In this document: piece after piece, positions 45,830 to 60,437 of the stretch
Layout of the letters: every line of letters starts with the position of its first letter
How positions within the stretch are numbered: the first letter of the stretch is position 1
From: Octopus sinensis
Lineage: Eukaryota
NCBI RefSeq assembly: GCF_006345805.1
Contig: NC_042999.1
Span: 101,680,001 to 101,744,000, forward strand
DNA: 64,000 nucleotides
Direction of reading: 5' to 3'
The notes under the pieces: generated by a model
The model's input: only the letters and a program-made list of their open reading frames with translations
What the model was told of the DNA's origin: nothing
Databases searched by the model: none
Made by a program: the position numbers and the translations under genes

Positions 45830-48105
45830 TTGTTATGGTAGTATAGTAATAACAGGTGAGAAAATGCTTTAAATGTTGTCGGTATGATGGTACAAAATGA
45901 AGAAAGACTGGTCAATGCTTGAAAGAATATTCCTTAAATACAGATGTATGGTATATGATATATTTCCAAATAGGAGTTTGTAAATCATTTTCAATACAAG
46001 ACCTATAACAATACCCAAAGAAAAAAAGATTATCTATGTAAAAGGTTTTTTTTTTTTTTTTCCTTTTTGGGGGCAGATTTAACAAGTACTTCTACCTTCA
46101 TAGATATTCCTTCATTCATGTACACACTCATTTGTTAATGTTGATACCATAATAGCAAATGTATGTACCATATATGTGTTTGTGTGTGAGTATGTATGCA
46201 AGTATACATGTTTGTGTGTGAAAACACTACAATCTTAACAACTGTTCTTTAGAAACTATTGTATTATAAGCATGTTTGTATTTATTTTTTTAATTGAAAA
46301 TAATTTATTTGAAAATTTTTTGTCAAAAGCAATCTATAGGCATAAAAAATTATACAATGTTTAATTAAGAAGAGAGATTAATTTTTAAAATTGTTGCCCT
46401 CCCTATGTTTCCCTTTAAATTTAAATTAATACATTTGTAAAGAGGGAAAAAACGTAAATCAATCTAGAATCACTATGTTACAATGAATGATTTCAATATA
46501 AAATTATACTTTATTCATTTGAGTCACCTGAAGCAGAGCCACCAGACACTGATAATAACTGATTGTCAATTAAGGATGTGTTATAAACCCACGTTCTTGT
46601 TAATTTCAAAATAAAGATACTTCATAAAATTACTTAAAAACCCTTTAACATTCATATTTCTCTGTCAAATGTAATGCTAATTTATTCACATTGTTTTGAA
46701 TTAATAATCATGCGCAGTACTTCTACCTTCATAGATATTCCTTCATGTACATACTCATTTGTTAGTGTTGATACCATAATAGTGAATGTATGTGCCATAC
46801 GTGTTTGTATGTTAGTATGTATGCAGGTATACATGTTTGTGTCTGAGATTTCAATGATGTGATTGTTCTTTTTTAGAATAATATTGTAGGGTAAGTGTGA
46901 GAGACTGGATTTGGTCAGTTTGAAGATAAAAAAAGGTAGATTATTTTGGCCAGATATGGCTAGTTTAAATGCTAAAGGGGTTAACAGAAAAATAGAGTGT
47001 TGAGAATGGTTAAGCTGAAGGGAATTATTCAATCAGCTAAAAATTTGTCACCAACTATTCAAGTCATTGTGTGAGAAAGAGATGCTTTTAGTTTTTAAAC
47101 AGTGCCTTGCCATTACAAAACTACCCTCTATTGTTAGACAAGTTTCTTTACTCCCCTTTGTGTACGTTCATTTCTCAGACGGTGTAGTTGTTTGAGTTAA
47201 CCCTTTCACATTCAGATTACTCTGTCAAATGTGATGCTTATTGATTCACATTGTTTACTTTAGAGTAGGTGTGAGAGGCTAGGTTTGGACATAAAAACAA
47301 GTACAATATTTGGGATGGATATGGCCTTTTTAAATGCTAAAGGGTTAATGTAAATAGGGAAGAAGTCATAGAGAAAAGTAATTTTCGAGTAGAAAGATTT
47401 GAGAAAACTTTAGTTCAAGGTTTAGCGGTGAAATATTGATGTTATTGCTTAGTCCCAGATTAGTCTTACTTTAACAGATCCTATGATCAAAGATGCTCCA
47501 GCCACGTTCATGTACTGTCTTTTGTTTAGATATAGTGTATCTAGGATTATCTATCCAACACTAGTCCCTTTCTAAATAGTTTAAAAGTTGAGGGAAATTT
47601 GGCTGCTATTGCTAGTGGATCAAACAATCATGTAGAGCAAGGGTGGGGGATCCCCCCTTTATGGTCAAAATTTTGCCCACATTCAAAATATAACCTTCTC
47701 ACTAACATAAAACCTGTATGTGAAAAAAATAGCTTAACCCTTCAGCATTTAGACTGGCCATACCTGGCCCAAATATCCTACCCTTTTTACATTCAAACTG
47801 GCCAGATCCAACCTCTCACACCTCCCCTACAATATCATTCAAAAAATAAACAATGACATAGAAATCTTGAAGCTACAAAATTATGTGAATAAATAAGCAT
47901 TACATTTGACAGAGTAATCTGCATAACAGAGGGTTAAGCCTTAATACCAAAATAGTAATTTAGGTCATGTGTCTATGTATTTGTAAAATTAAATATTTGT
48001 TCTTCTTTTTGGTATAAATACTGCAAAGCATTTTTTTTTCCAATCCTTATAATTTTGCCGATCTACTGCCCGTTAACAAAGAAAGATTGGGAGAAAATTA
48101 CCCAA

Positions 48106-48340
48106 TTAAGGCGGTAAGCTGGCAGAATCGTTAGCACGCCAGGCAAAATGCTTAGCAGTATTTCGTCTGCCGTTACGTTCTGAGTTCAAATTCCGCCAAG
48201 GTCAACTTTGCCTTTCATCCTTTCAGGGTCGATAAATTAAGTACCAGTTACGCACTGGGGTCAATGTAATCAACTTAATCCCTTTATCTGTCCTTGTTTG
48301 TCCCCTTTAAGTTTAACCCCTTGTGGGCAATAAAGAATTA
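48106..48340 (+). mobile_element. SINE family B, young copy with 14-bp TSD
   Basis: TSD agaaaattacccaa at 48092-48105 and 48341-48354; highly similar to 13570-13804. Confidence 0.9.
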
Positions 48341-48670
48341 AGAAAATTACCCAAGAATGCATTTGGCATCAAGGTTTTGGCATGTACTGATAAGATTATG
48401 TTACTGAGAAGATCAAAACATGACAAGAGTTTTCACTATATTTAATAAAGATTAGATAAGCTCACCACTACGTGTCCCATTCATTTTTTCTTTTATTAAT
48501 TTGAATTTAGGAGTAGTTGTCCCAATGAGATCCAAAGCTTGCTTGTTCACAATGCACCTACCCTTACTCACACACTGCTATATCAGATATCTTTCTCTTA
48601 TTTCTCTACCCCAACAAGTGGAGATCTTACTAGCTGGGGTAAAGAAAGTAATTTAGAAAGTTTTTTATTG

Positions 48671-49045
48671 GTGCAGGTGTGGCTGTGTAGTAAGAAGTTT
48701 GCTTCCCAACTGCATGGTTCCAGGTTCAGTCCCACTGTGTGCAACCTTGGGCAAATGTCTTCTACTATAGCCTCGGGCCAACCAAAGCCTTGTGAGTGGA
48801 TTTGGTAGACAAACTTGTAGAAGCCCATTGAATATATATAACTCTGTGTGTGTCTGTATCCCGCCCTCCATCACCACTTGACAACCAGTGTTGGTGTGTT
48901 TATGTCCCCGTAATTTAGGAGTTCGGGAGAAAAGACTGATAGAATAAGTACTAGGCTTAAAAATTAAGTCCTGAGGTCAATTTGTTTGACTAAAATCCTT
49001 CAAGGCAGTGCTCCAGCATGACCACAGTCAAATGACTGAAACAAA
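48671..49045 (+). mobile_element. SINE family A, full length
   Basis: tRNA-like head (tggctgtgtagtaag...ggttcagtccc) and CORE-like accttgggcaa.tgtcttc block. Confidence 0.88.
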
Positions 49046-50062
49046 AAAGAACTGGTCTTAGTGGAAAAAAAAATCAAATCAGACCTGAAGGTCATTGTTC
49101 TATAGTATGGCAACAACTTACCTCAAAAGAACTGTTTAGACTACAATAATGAAAAAAAACTGTTATAAATGTTGTAATAAATGGCAAATCATCAAAATTT
49201 ATGAATATTAAAACATTAAGAAAGCAGGATGAACTTTCAAATACAAAAGACAAATAGAACTAATGAATGGAGATGCTGTTACAGTAAGAAAGTAGAAACA
49301 CAGTTGGTTAATTTTGGATATTTCAAACCATTTCATTAAGCAGTGAGACAAATACAAAAAAAATAAACAGAATGACTCCAACTCATGCCAAATGATTTAG
49401 AAAGTAAATCTTATAAAGTGGAATAAATTCAACATCTTGATGTGTGCCTCTCATCCTCCATCTCTTTATCCATCTATGCCAGAGAGAGAAAGAAAGATTG
49501 TAGCAACGACTCCCATTTCAACTTTCTACCTTTCTACATCTTCTTTCATGATACACAGCAGCATGTGATTTGAGGGAGATTTGGTGGTTATTTTATAGAA
49601 TAAATGTTGTACAAAACTTCCTTGAGGTGGTAAATAATTGTGTATCTGGTTCGTAGTTTCTGAATACATACATACACATGCATATCCACACACATGCACA
49701 TACATGCTAAAGAGATTATAATGTAAATTGAAAATTATTTTGCCTCTTGATAATGGCCATTTTAGGTGTTGTAAGCAACAATGAGTAACAATGTTAAATG
49801 TCTGTAATTTGTTTGAAATGGTTAATAAAATGGAATATTACAGAACACAATTGAAAAATATTCATTTTATTTTGACAAAATATAATTACACCCACACACA
49901 TTCATACACATATACACACAGCTGACACCCAGTTATACAACATATACATAGACAAGAACACACACATGAACATATATTAAATGTGTGTGTATACACACAC
50001 ATACATTTCATATATATATATATATGCTAGCATGGAAAACGGACGCTAAACAATGATGATGA

Positions 50063-50105
<43 letters not shown>

Positions 50106-52039
50106 CATACACACACATGTATGCAAGGGGCAGACAGCCACCATATATAAACTCATCTTCACAGGCCTATCTTGAAAATGGCTATAAACCTGTGTGGTAA
50201 AAAAAAAAAAGAGAATTTAAATAGCACCAAAAATAAATGGTAACCAGTATCTCTCTTTCCACAGACACATTTGATTAAATCTTTCAACACACACACACAC
50301 ACACACATATATTCTGTAGAATAGGGTGACAGAGACAGCAAGAAAAAGTAAAGAGAAATAATACATATACAGATACATGTATATTTCTATTAAATTTGTC
50401 TATTGTTAAAAACTTTCTATATGTTTGCATCTTTATTCATATGCGTAGCTACATACATTTATTTATAATCACAACACTTGTACATTGTGCATACACATAA
50501 CATTTGCACATGTTCATACACATGCATACATTTATACACACATCAGGTATAAATGTGTTTCGATAATATATATATTTTTAAATCAGTAATTGATGTGTGG
50601 GTGTTTATGCATTTTTGAAGTGAGGAAGTATTTCGAAAGTTTTTGAAGTGTGTCTTGCCACCATTATAGGTTGTGATAGCTTATTATTATTTTTGGTGCT
50701 GAATTTAGTCAGAGCCTATTATCACTATGACTGATATATTTCAATGAGCTTCCATGATTCAGGTGTAGTCAAGCGGTTACTACTCTCCTATCAGAGTAAC
50801 GCTTCAATGGAGATGAGAATGCCAGCAAGATGGTGAAGATGAGCAAAAATAAAAAGACAAATAAATAAAGCTAAAATATGAATAATGGAAAATATTAAAA
50901 GGAAATTAGAAAACTTTAATATTTTCATAATGATTTTTAATAGTGAGTATAAATGACTGAAACAAGTGTTTAGTGGACAATCAGTTTAGTGGTTGCTAGT
51001 TCATATTCTATCAACAGTGGTTTTTTTATATGTTGTGATAGTCAGCTTTAGTTGAGGAAACCTACAGTATATAGGTAGTTAATTCAATGCATAGGTAAAA
51101 TCCATAGATCCTACCTAGCTGTGCATTTACCATGCAGAAGATAATTAGTTTTTGGAGCACTGCATCCTTCAAAACTTCCATGCTTCCCGAGATTCACCAA
51201 CACTACACCTGATTTTCTCTCCTCTATACACATGCAAGCATGTACCTGACTCATACACTGTTCACTTTCCAGACACTTGTACATTATTGCATATGCTTTA
51301 TACATACTTTTGACAAGTTGTGGTGCACCTGAGCACTGTATACAATAATTTCATTATCATTATTATATATGTAGTGCAGTGCTGCAGTTTGGTGGATGAA
51401 TTTTCTTCTAAGTCCAGTGTGTTTCTATATGTCTCTTATTGTAGTTATTGTTTTAGATCTAGGTAAATCCCGATCAAGTAGATCTATGAGGAAAGTGTTT
51501 CAACTATGACCATCTTTTCTTTTTCTTTTTTTTTTTGAGACAATGTATCTAAGGCTACATTATCCAGTGTTCTTATTTTTTTAAGACAGTAAAGGTGTGA
51601 TTCAAATGAGAATTGGATGCTATTTCTCACCAGTCAAGCTACCATGTAAAGTCTCCCTTATTAGCTCAATTTTATATCTGTAGAATCTGGTGGATTCATT
51701 CTAAAGACAACTGTTGTTTCTCTGCACTTATCATTGGATCATCAAGCAATTTTGTGTACATTGCTCAAAATATTTCATTCTCCAATAGATTATTCATTGA
51801 CTTAAGAATAAAGGATAACTAATCACTATTTATGGCAACAGCACAGAAAAATTGATGAGCATTTCATTAGCCTGCACAGATGAGTTCAATTCTTCAACTG
51901 AGTGCTGCTGTAAGATGACTTAGGTATCACTGGTCTCTTCTACAACAGAACCAACCACTTGTTGATGGATATCAAGGAATCTATTCAATTATTTGACAAA
52001 ATTTAGGTCAAGAAAGGAGCAAATTTTCTTTGCTACAAA

Positions 52040-53290
52040 TAATAATGGTTTGAAATTTTTGCACAGGGCCAGTAGCTTTTTAGGGGAGGGGGAAGTCAAT
52101 TATATTGACCTCAGTACTTGAGTGATATTTGTTATCAACCCTGAAATGATGAAAGGCAAAGCCAACCTCAGAACATATAGACAAAATGCTTAGCATATCA
52201 ATGATTGTGCCAGCCTGCTACCTTTTTAATAAAAATAATAATAATCCTTTCTACTATAGGCACAAGGCCAGAAATTTGGGGGAGGGGGTAAATCAATTAC
52301 ACCAACCCCAATGTTCAACTGACCTCAAAAAGATGAAAGGAAAAGTCCACCTCAGTGGCATTTGAACCAAGAATGTAGAGACAGATAAAATGCCGCCAAG
52401 TATTTTGCCCAGCATACTAACCATCCTGCCAGCTTGCTGCCTTAAATAATCACTTTGCCTTTCATCTTTTTGAGGTCGATGAAAGTCCCAGTTACACACT
52501 GGGGTTGATGTCATCAACTAGTTCCCTCCCTGCAATTTTGAAGCCTTACACTTTTGTGGGAGGTGACTGGTTGATTACATTAACCCCAGTGTGTAACTGG
52601 TTCTTGCATCAACCCAAAAAGGATGAAAGGTAAAGGGGACCTCAGTAGAATTTGAACTCAGAACAGATGAAACACTGCTAAGCATTTTGTCTGGCATGCT
52701 AACAATTCTGCCAGCTTGTTGATTTTCACTAAAAAAATAGTAATAATAATACCAAATCTAATAATTTGTAGAAAGAGACCCTGTGAGACCCTTGATAACA
52801 GAATTAACAGGAGCAAGTAAGATCAAGAGCTCTGAGAAGTAAAATATAACAATATCATTATTAATAAAAATAATTGTAATAATAATAATCCTTTTTACTT
52901 AAGGCACAAGACCTGAAATTTGGGGGAAGGGGAGGGAAGTAGTTGACTATATTGACCCCAGTGTTTCACTGATACCTAATTTATCAACCCTGAAAGGATG
53001 AAAGGCAAAGTCGATCTCGGTGGAATTTGAACTCAGAACATAGTGACAGGCAAAATACTGCTAAGCATTTCATTCAGCATGTTAATTATAATAATAATAA
53101 TGTTTCTAATTTAGGCACAAGGCCAGCAGTTTTGGGAAGAGAAGTTAGTCGATACCGTTGACACATTAATTGACCAGTACTTTATTTTATTGACCCCAAA
53201 AAGGATGAAAAACGAAGTTGACCCTGGTAAGATTTGAACCCAGAATGTAAGGAATCAGAAGAAATATCACAAGGCATTTTGTCTGATGCA
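52040..53290. mobile_element. Cluster of about six SINE family B copies, mostly antisense
   Basis: Repeated ggatgaaaggcaaagtc...atttgaactcagaa...ctaagcatttt blocks separated by (AAT)n tails. Confidence 0.8.
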
Positions 53291-53866
53291 AGGCTATAAA
53301 GTTGTGTGTGGAAAGAAGTAAATGGATCAATCCTTGCATATACTTGGTTCTTATTTTATATCAATTTTAGGAGAATAAAAGATTAAGTTATCTTCAGTAG
53401 GATAGGAACTTAAAATCTTAATGTATGAAACTACACACTGTGTGTCATTCAAATCATTATAATAATGTTACATCTTTCTGTGAGGGTGATAATTACAGTA
53501 AATGTACATTTTATTTCATAAGTGGACCTTTAAGATCATATCACTCTAGGTTGTTTTCATATTTTTTTACTAACTCATTTAAATGATTTAGAAAATGTAA
53601 AACCTAAACAGAAACAGCAATAGAGGAAATGTTTCTGTTTGTACACTACTTTGTATGCGTAAAAATGCAGCAACAGAACACATACTTCTTGAAACTTTTT
53701 ATTTATGTTCCAATAACTTGTTACAATAAATGATAACCCAAGGGTGTTCCAATGGTTTAATATCTATGCAATTTACATAAAGATATTCTATTTTTTATTT
53801 AATGATTTTATTATATTAAATAATATTTATTGAACAATTAATTGTTGTTTTTTAATTGAAAAAAAT

Positions 53867-54300
53867 TGTGGCTGTGTGGTAAGTAGCTTGCTTACCAACC
53901 ACTTGGTTCTGGGTTCATTCCCACTGCGTGGCACCTTGGGCAAGTGTCTTCAACTATAGCCTTGGGCAGACCAAAGCCTTGTGAGTGGATTTGGTAGACA
54001 GAAACTGTAAGAAGCTCGTCGTATATATGTATATATATATACACACACGCATATATATATGTGTGTGTGTGTGTGTGTGAGTGTGTATGTATGTTTGTGT
54101 GTCTGTGTTTGTCCCCCCCAACATCGCTTGACAATCAATGCTGGTGTGTTTATGTCCCCGTAACTTAGTGGTTGGGCAAAAGAGACCGATAGAATAAGTA
54201 CTAGGCTTACAAAGAATAAGTCCTAGGGTCGATTTACTCAACTAAAGGCACTGCTCCAGCATATCCACAGTCAAATGACTGAAACAAGTAAATGAGTAAA
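53867..54300 (+). mobile_element. SINE family A, full length with (TA)n(TG)n middle
   Basis: Colinear with 48671-49045. Confidence 0.9.
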
Positions 54301-55230
54301 AGAGAGAGAGCTTCCTAAATGTGGAATATTCAACACATAAAACTCCAAAGACCATTTTTTTAAAGAAAGGTAATATAAAAAAAAGGTTTAAAAGGTTTTT
54401 AAAAAATTCCTATTTAAACATTTGTTCTTCTATGACAGAACATAACCAAAAACTAATAAATAAATGATTTGGTATAGTTTATCATTATAGATTATTACTT
54501 TCATTTCTCAATATCATTGTTAAAAGCATTTAATTAACTTATTAAGCACAAATTGTAGATAAACCATTTCTTTCCTTCTTTCGTAAGTAATTCAATACAA
54601 AAAGTAAACAAAAATTCTATTATTTATTTGAAAGTTTTCAGAAAAGAAATTAATTAATTGAGATGTCTGTCTTTCCCACTACAAGAGACAAACAAGATAC
54701 ATAAAGCCAATTTATTTATGAAATATAACAAGAAACATAGAATTTCCAATGTTCTAAACTTAGGAATTTGAAGGACCATTTGAAAAAAAATTAATAAAAA
54801 ATTAAAAATTCAAAGTTGGTGCTCAGGAAAGCCAAGTTATTTTTCAACATTCCCATTTATTACTAGTATCTTTTTAAATATGCTACCTTCCTCATAGATA
54901 ACCCTAAAGAAAGGTCAGTGCATTTTATAAACAAGATATATTTTTCTTGTGTTTTGTTTGCCATAATTAGAGGTTGGTTTTATGTGTGTATGTATATATA
55001 CAAATAAATACAGTACTAAGTTCTTTGGCACCTTAACCTTAAAGTCACAGTTCCTTGTACTCTACTTAAAACTGATGTAACTGACAATATCACACTGCTA
55101 CTTAATTAAATCAACATTAAAAAGATAACTGGTGAATTTTAGCTTTCTCCCCACTCTAAGGAATAATGAGGTACTGAACTAAATCAAAATGTCATAAAGC
55201 CCTGATATAAATAAATAAAGCAAATAAAGA

Positions 55231-56745
55231 TATGAAGACAGGGAAATACCCTGGTCCATCATGAATTACCACAAAAATGCTTAAAATATCTGGTGAAGTA
55301 GGATACGACCTAGTCACCTGCATAGTTAATCAGAAAGGTATCATACCCAATGGTTGAAGTAGCAGCATTATAGTCACCTACTACAATGGTAAGGGAAATG
55401 CTTTAGACAGAAGTATCTACAGTGGAATCAAATTGCTAGATCAAGTCATGAAAGTTACAGACAGTCACAACTCAACTAATTAGGAAGAGAGTTAACTTAG
55501 GTGAGATGCAGTTTGGTTTTGTGGCAGGGAGGAGCATTACTGATGCTATCTTCCTAGTAAGGCACCTTCAGGAGGATCTTTTAAGCAAAAACAAACTGCT
55601 GTACATGACATTTGTCAACACAGAGATAGCCTTTTACAGGATCCATTGCTCTCTTGTCTTGTGGTCACTGTAGAAAGTAAAGGGTAAATAAATTACTAGA
55701 GAGAGGTGCTCAAGCTATGTACAGGGATACTATCAGTAAGGTGAAAATCAGCAATGAGGACAGCAACAAATTTTGGGTGCAGGTAGAAGTTCACCAGGGT
55801 TTGATTCTCAGCCTTCTCTCATTCATCATAGTCCTCCAGATCATAAGAGAGGAATCTAAGATAGGTTACCCATAGGAGCTCTTCTATACTGATGATCTTT
55901 CTTGTTCTGACAGCTGAATCTATAGTAGAATTAGAACAGAAATTTCAGGTGTAGAAGCAAAGCCTGGAATCAAAGGGCCTTAGAGTTAATTTAGCAAAGA
56001 CCAAAGTACTAGCATACAGAAAAGCAGACAAATTATTAATCTCTTCAGGGGAATGGTCCAGCTCAATGTGAAGGACATATGTTGGTAGAAATTCTATATA
56101 GTATACCCATTGCAAGCTACAGACACATAAAAGGTACAGATGAAGCTTAATGGAATAAGTAGTCTTTGTGTGTGACAGATGTACAAGAACAACCAAGAAC
56201 ACACAGGAAACAGGCTTCTTCACATGTTCAGAGGGATCCTTAGAGGTAGTAGATAGTTTACGTTACCTGAGTGACTAAACAGTGGAGGAGGATATTCTAA
56301 AAGGGCTTCTCTCTCGGAGTGAAAAGTAGATTCCATGATACTTGTGTACAAACAGCTATGCTGTTTGGTAGTGAAATGCAGAGGGCATGTGAAAACTTGA
56401 AATAATTGAAGTTAGTACACTCTGCTGGATGTGCAATGTCAGTGTGCATGAACAATAATGTGTAAATGTGTTGAAAGAAAAATTGTGCATAAGAGGCATC
56501 AAATGTAGTGTGCAAGAGACAAGACTGTACTAATATGGTTGTTATGTGACCCATATGGATGACAACAGCTGAATAAAGAAGTGTTGGTCTCTAAATGTGG
56601 AGGTAACCTGCAATAGAGGAAGACCAAGAAAGACATGGGATGAAGTAGTGAAAAATGACCTTCAGATATTGAGCATCACTGATGAGATGACAACGAACTA
56701 AGATGAGTGGCAATTTGCCCTCAAGATGATTGAGAAGAGCCAGTC
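55231..56745 (+). pseudogene. Decayed 5'-truncated copy of the same RTE family (RT, PHD and C-terminus)
   Basis: Colinear with 33610-35229 (atgaagacagggaaa..., gagatgcagtttggttttgtg, gagctcttctatactgatgatctt, agaccaagaaagacatgggatgaagtagtg); many stops and indels. Confidence 0.92.
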
Positions 56746-57286
56746 ATCTAAGAAAAATTGAAGTCATAAAGGCATGTCATTTATGTCTGTGCTCCTGCAC
56801 ACAATCAGTCCTTGACAAATCTCTTCCCCTACAACTGATCTTCCTCACACCTCTCCCTGCCTCCACCCATGTTCACCACTTGCAGCATTCCCCTCCCCTC
56901 TATCTCCCAATCTGCCTTCATGAACCTACCTACTCTCTCTCTCTCTAACTAGGTTATTTCCTCTGTTGCAAGACACTTGTTTCTGTCCCTCTATTATACT
57001 TTAACCTTTCATAACCCAGCATAAAACCACCTTCCTCAATGCTACTCCCCCTTTACTGGTGACTGCACTGCTGCTAGTGCCATGTAAAAAGCACCCAGTA
57101 CACTCAAGACAATTTTAAATTTCATAACAAAACAACTGTAGTGATGTCAGTATGTGACAACCTACAATTTTACAATTGCATGCAAGAAAGAGGGGTCACC
57201 ATCATGTATGTAAAACAACAAGAAAAATAAGGACTTGTGAGATGTTCATAATAAGTCATAACATATTTATTACTGGATGTAATTCA

Positions 57287-57669
57287 TCTCTCTCTATATA
57301 AATGGCAGTTTGTCTGTGCGTGTTTCTGTGTGTCTGTTTGCTTGTACCCTCACCCTGACCACGGCTTTCAACCGATTCTGATGAAACTTGACACACACAT
57401 AGCCCAATGTCATAATTCAAAACTAACGCAGCGAAAATTTTGAAAAGTTCCCCCAGTTCTGAAAAAAATCGATAAATTCGACATGGGGTCGAGAATCAGA
57501 AACACAAACCGCAAACTGTCTAGGGGACGCAACTCCACCTTTTTTAACTAAAAAAAAAATTTACCATAATTTTTTTCCATTTTTTTGTTATTTTTTGGCT
57601 ATAACTCTCTAAAAATGCTTTATAGTTATTTCCCTTACAAACCTGAGCAACGCCGGGCGATACTGCTAG
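57287..57669 (+). mobile_element. Non-autonomous Helitron
   Basis: A|TC start; 3' end acctgagcaacgccgggcgatactgCTAG|T; 3' ~70 bp shared with 9277-9574. Confidence 0.8.
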
Positions 57670-57702
57670 TTAACATATAAGAATGGTTTGAAAGAAAAGG
57701 CT

Positions 57703-58007
57703 TGTAATATATTACATGAACATACTTTGCGACCACATGTCACAAAGCAAATGAGGCAAATATGCACGCGTGCGGGTGTGTGTGCGAGTGGCATGGCTGC
57801 ATGCGTATGCCTAGGAAACGACAGGCAAAGGGTACGTGAAATTAGAAATGTGTTTGCTTTATATAAGGGATGAACCAGAAGTCCCTGACTTCCATGTCAT
57901 CCAGAAGTCAATTGAAAGCTTCTAGAATATTCGAGAAGGTTGGAGATTACTCTCATTAGATCCCTTTTTTGTTTTGCTTTCCTGCTTGACCGCCAGGGGT
58001 CACTACA
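57703..58007. mobile_element. Possible solo LTR
   Basis: TGTA...TACA termini, CpG-containing, internal TATATAA; no TSD found. Confidence 0.35.
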
Positions 58008-58959
58008 CAACACTAATATGCAAATTAGATTACCTGTGTAAACTAAACTGCATTCCTATATAGCTATGCAAACTAGAATACCTTCAGTCAAAGGTTGGAC
58101 AGTCTCAACTAACCTGGGTTTAGATATCAACGATAACAATGATTTTGATTTCTAACATTGGAACAAGGCCATGAATTTTAGGAGGTGGAAGTGGTCAGTT
58201 AAATTGATTCTAATATTGATTCAGTACATTCCAAGATTTATATCTAAGTTATCAAACTAGTGTCGATAAGCAAATTAGTTTCACTGTGTTTCAATTAAAT
58301 TACATTTATATGTAGTCTTAAGTTGCTATCTTATCAAAAGAATTGTAAGCTTAAGAAGACAATCTATCCAAGCATTTATCATACTTTGTTTCATTAATAC
58401 AACAAAGACATTAATCTAATGAAAACAACTCTCCATTTAATAATGGAGCTATATCACTATTAGCCAGGCCACAAAAGATCCATTTCCTACAACAAAGGAG
58501 TTTGGTGACAGGAGGCAAAATTTGATCTAAGGATGTGAAAAACCAAAACAGACACCACAAAGGAAGAAAGGAAAAAGTTATTCTCAAACTGATTAAACTA
58601 GATGATAGATTAAGTCTACCACTCAAGAACTCAGAATGCCAAAAGTCAAACAAAAATCACAAGGCAATCTGTCTAATACTGTAACATTTCAGCCAATTCC
58701 TCACCCAGGACTGGTACTATATTTATCTACCCCAAAAGTATGGAAAGCTAGGTTAACTTCGGTGGGATTTCAATTTAGTGCTCTGAAAGCTAGAATAAAG
58801 AATACAATGCATTTTCTCCATCACTTTAATGTCTCTACCATTTCACTAACTTATGTTTAAGTAGATATTGTTAAATGATAATAATCAGAACTCAGTCTTC
58901 CTAGTCCCCTTATTATTTTTTAATTTGTTTTCTGGATAGTTATTAAAATGATGGTACAG

Positions 58960-59812
58960 TGACTATGATTCTTGCAAGTGGATAGTGATTCTTGTGATAC
59001 AAGCAGCATAGCATTGAGAGTAATGCTGGAAATAGGAAGTGTCAAGGTGGAAGATGCAGCATGACTTAGGAAGAAGGACAACTACAACCACATCAATGTA
59101 GTTGATGTTTGTTGAAAGGTGTCAACCTAGCATTGAGATGGAGACTATGAACCATCAAGGTCCGGACTGATTCTGCCACAGTTTGAGGGTGGGTGGAGTC
59201 AGTGATCATCAACCAGAAGAAGATTCACATGAAGGAGGCGGTAGAAATGGTGATTAAGCATCACCTGGGAATCCTGAGGGAGATAGCTGCCATGTTCAAC
59301 CTGGAGCTGCATGAGGTGTTCGTGCCCTTGGAAATGAATAAGGCAGACACTCTAACCAGAGTAAAAAAGCATTTGTTGGAAACAGTAGAGGATGTTCCAA
59401 GTGGGGTAGCAGTGGTTTGTCAGCTGGAAGGCACAGAACTAAGGAGGATGCACCACATGGGGGTTGACAGGAAGTTGTTTTTGGCTAGGACGGTCAACCC
59501 CGATGTCACCAGGGAGAGCGTTTGGAGGATAATGGGGAATTGCAACAGGTGCCAATCAATTGATCCTGTCCTGAACACACACAAACCAGAAAAGATTCAG
59601 GTAGAGGAAGACTGGAAGAAGCTAACCACTGACATGATGCACTATTGAGGAAAGGCATACCTTTCAACAGTCGACTGTGGTGAATGGCTATATGGAGAGA
59701 AATCAGGGTAGAGACTACTGCCAAAGTTGCAGAAGTGTTGAATGTGATGTTCTTGGAAAAGGGACCAGTAGATGTGCTATTGATGGAAACAGCACAGTTT
59801 TTCACTCAGAAT
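58960..59812 (+). mobile_element. Ty3/Gypsy pol remnant (RNase H followed by integrase)
   Basis: IKVRTDSATV and NKADTLTR RNase H motifs; HHMGV...CNRC zinc finger; WKKLTTD..HY and LSTVDCG integrase-core start; RNase H before integrase; stops and frameshifts. Confidence 0.8.
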
Positions 59813-60204
59813 GGTTTGAAATTTTAATGTGTTCAGCAACAGGTGAAATAAGTAATTCTGTTGATGAAAATATCACAAAATTCAACAATGAGATGTACAC
59901 ATATATATATTTATATATATATATATATACACGCACACATATATTATAATATATGCTAAGAGAGATGCTCGGAAGGTGGAACACAAACTACTTCTTCAGA
60001 GCTGCTGACTGTCTCTCTATCTTTCCCTCTAACACTATCTCTCCTTCTTCTCCTCTCTTTTCCTACTGAAGTAACTAAAGTAACTCCTCTGTAGTAAGAT
60101 ACTTATATCTAACCTATTATAGTCAAACCTTTCACCTAGCACAAAGCCACTACCCTCAGTTTCACTCCCTCTCCCAGCTGAGAGGTCTTCATCTCACAAA
60201 TTAC

Positions 60205-60437
60205 TTGGCAACACCACTGGTGTTGGTGCCATGTAAAAAGCACCAGTGTTGGCGTCACATAAAAAAGACCCTGTACACTCTGTAAAGTGGTTGGCATTAG
60301 GAAAAGCATCCAGCCATAGAAACCATGGCAAAGCAGACAATGGATCCTAGTGCAGCTCTCCAACTCCAATCAAACTCTCCAACTCATGCCAGCATAGAAG
60401 ATGGATGTTAAACAGAGATGATGATGATGATGATGAT
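60205..60437 (+). mobile_element. RTE 3'-tail fragment; similar fragments at ~95-190, 25420-25485, 36115-36232, 37520-37712(-), 39590-39643 and 50025-50066
   Basis: aaagcacc..tacactctgtaaagtggttggcattaggaa.gcatccagc..tagaaac...(GAT)n matches 35640-35827. Confidence 0.8.
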
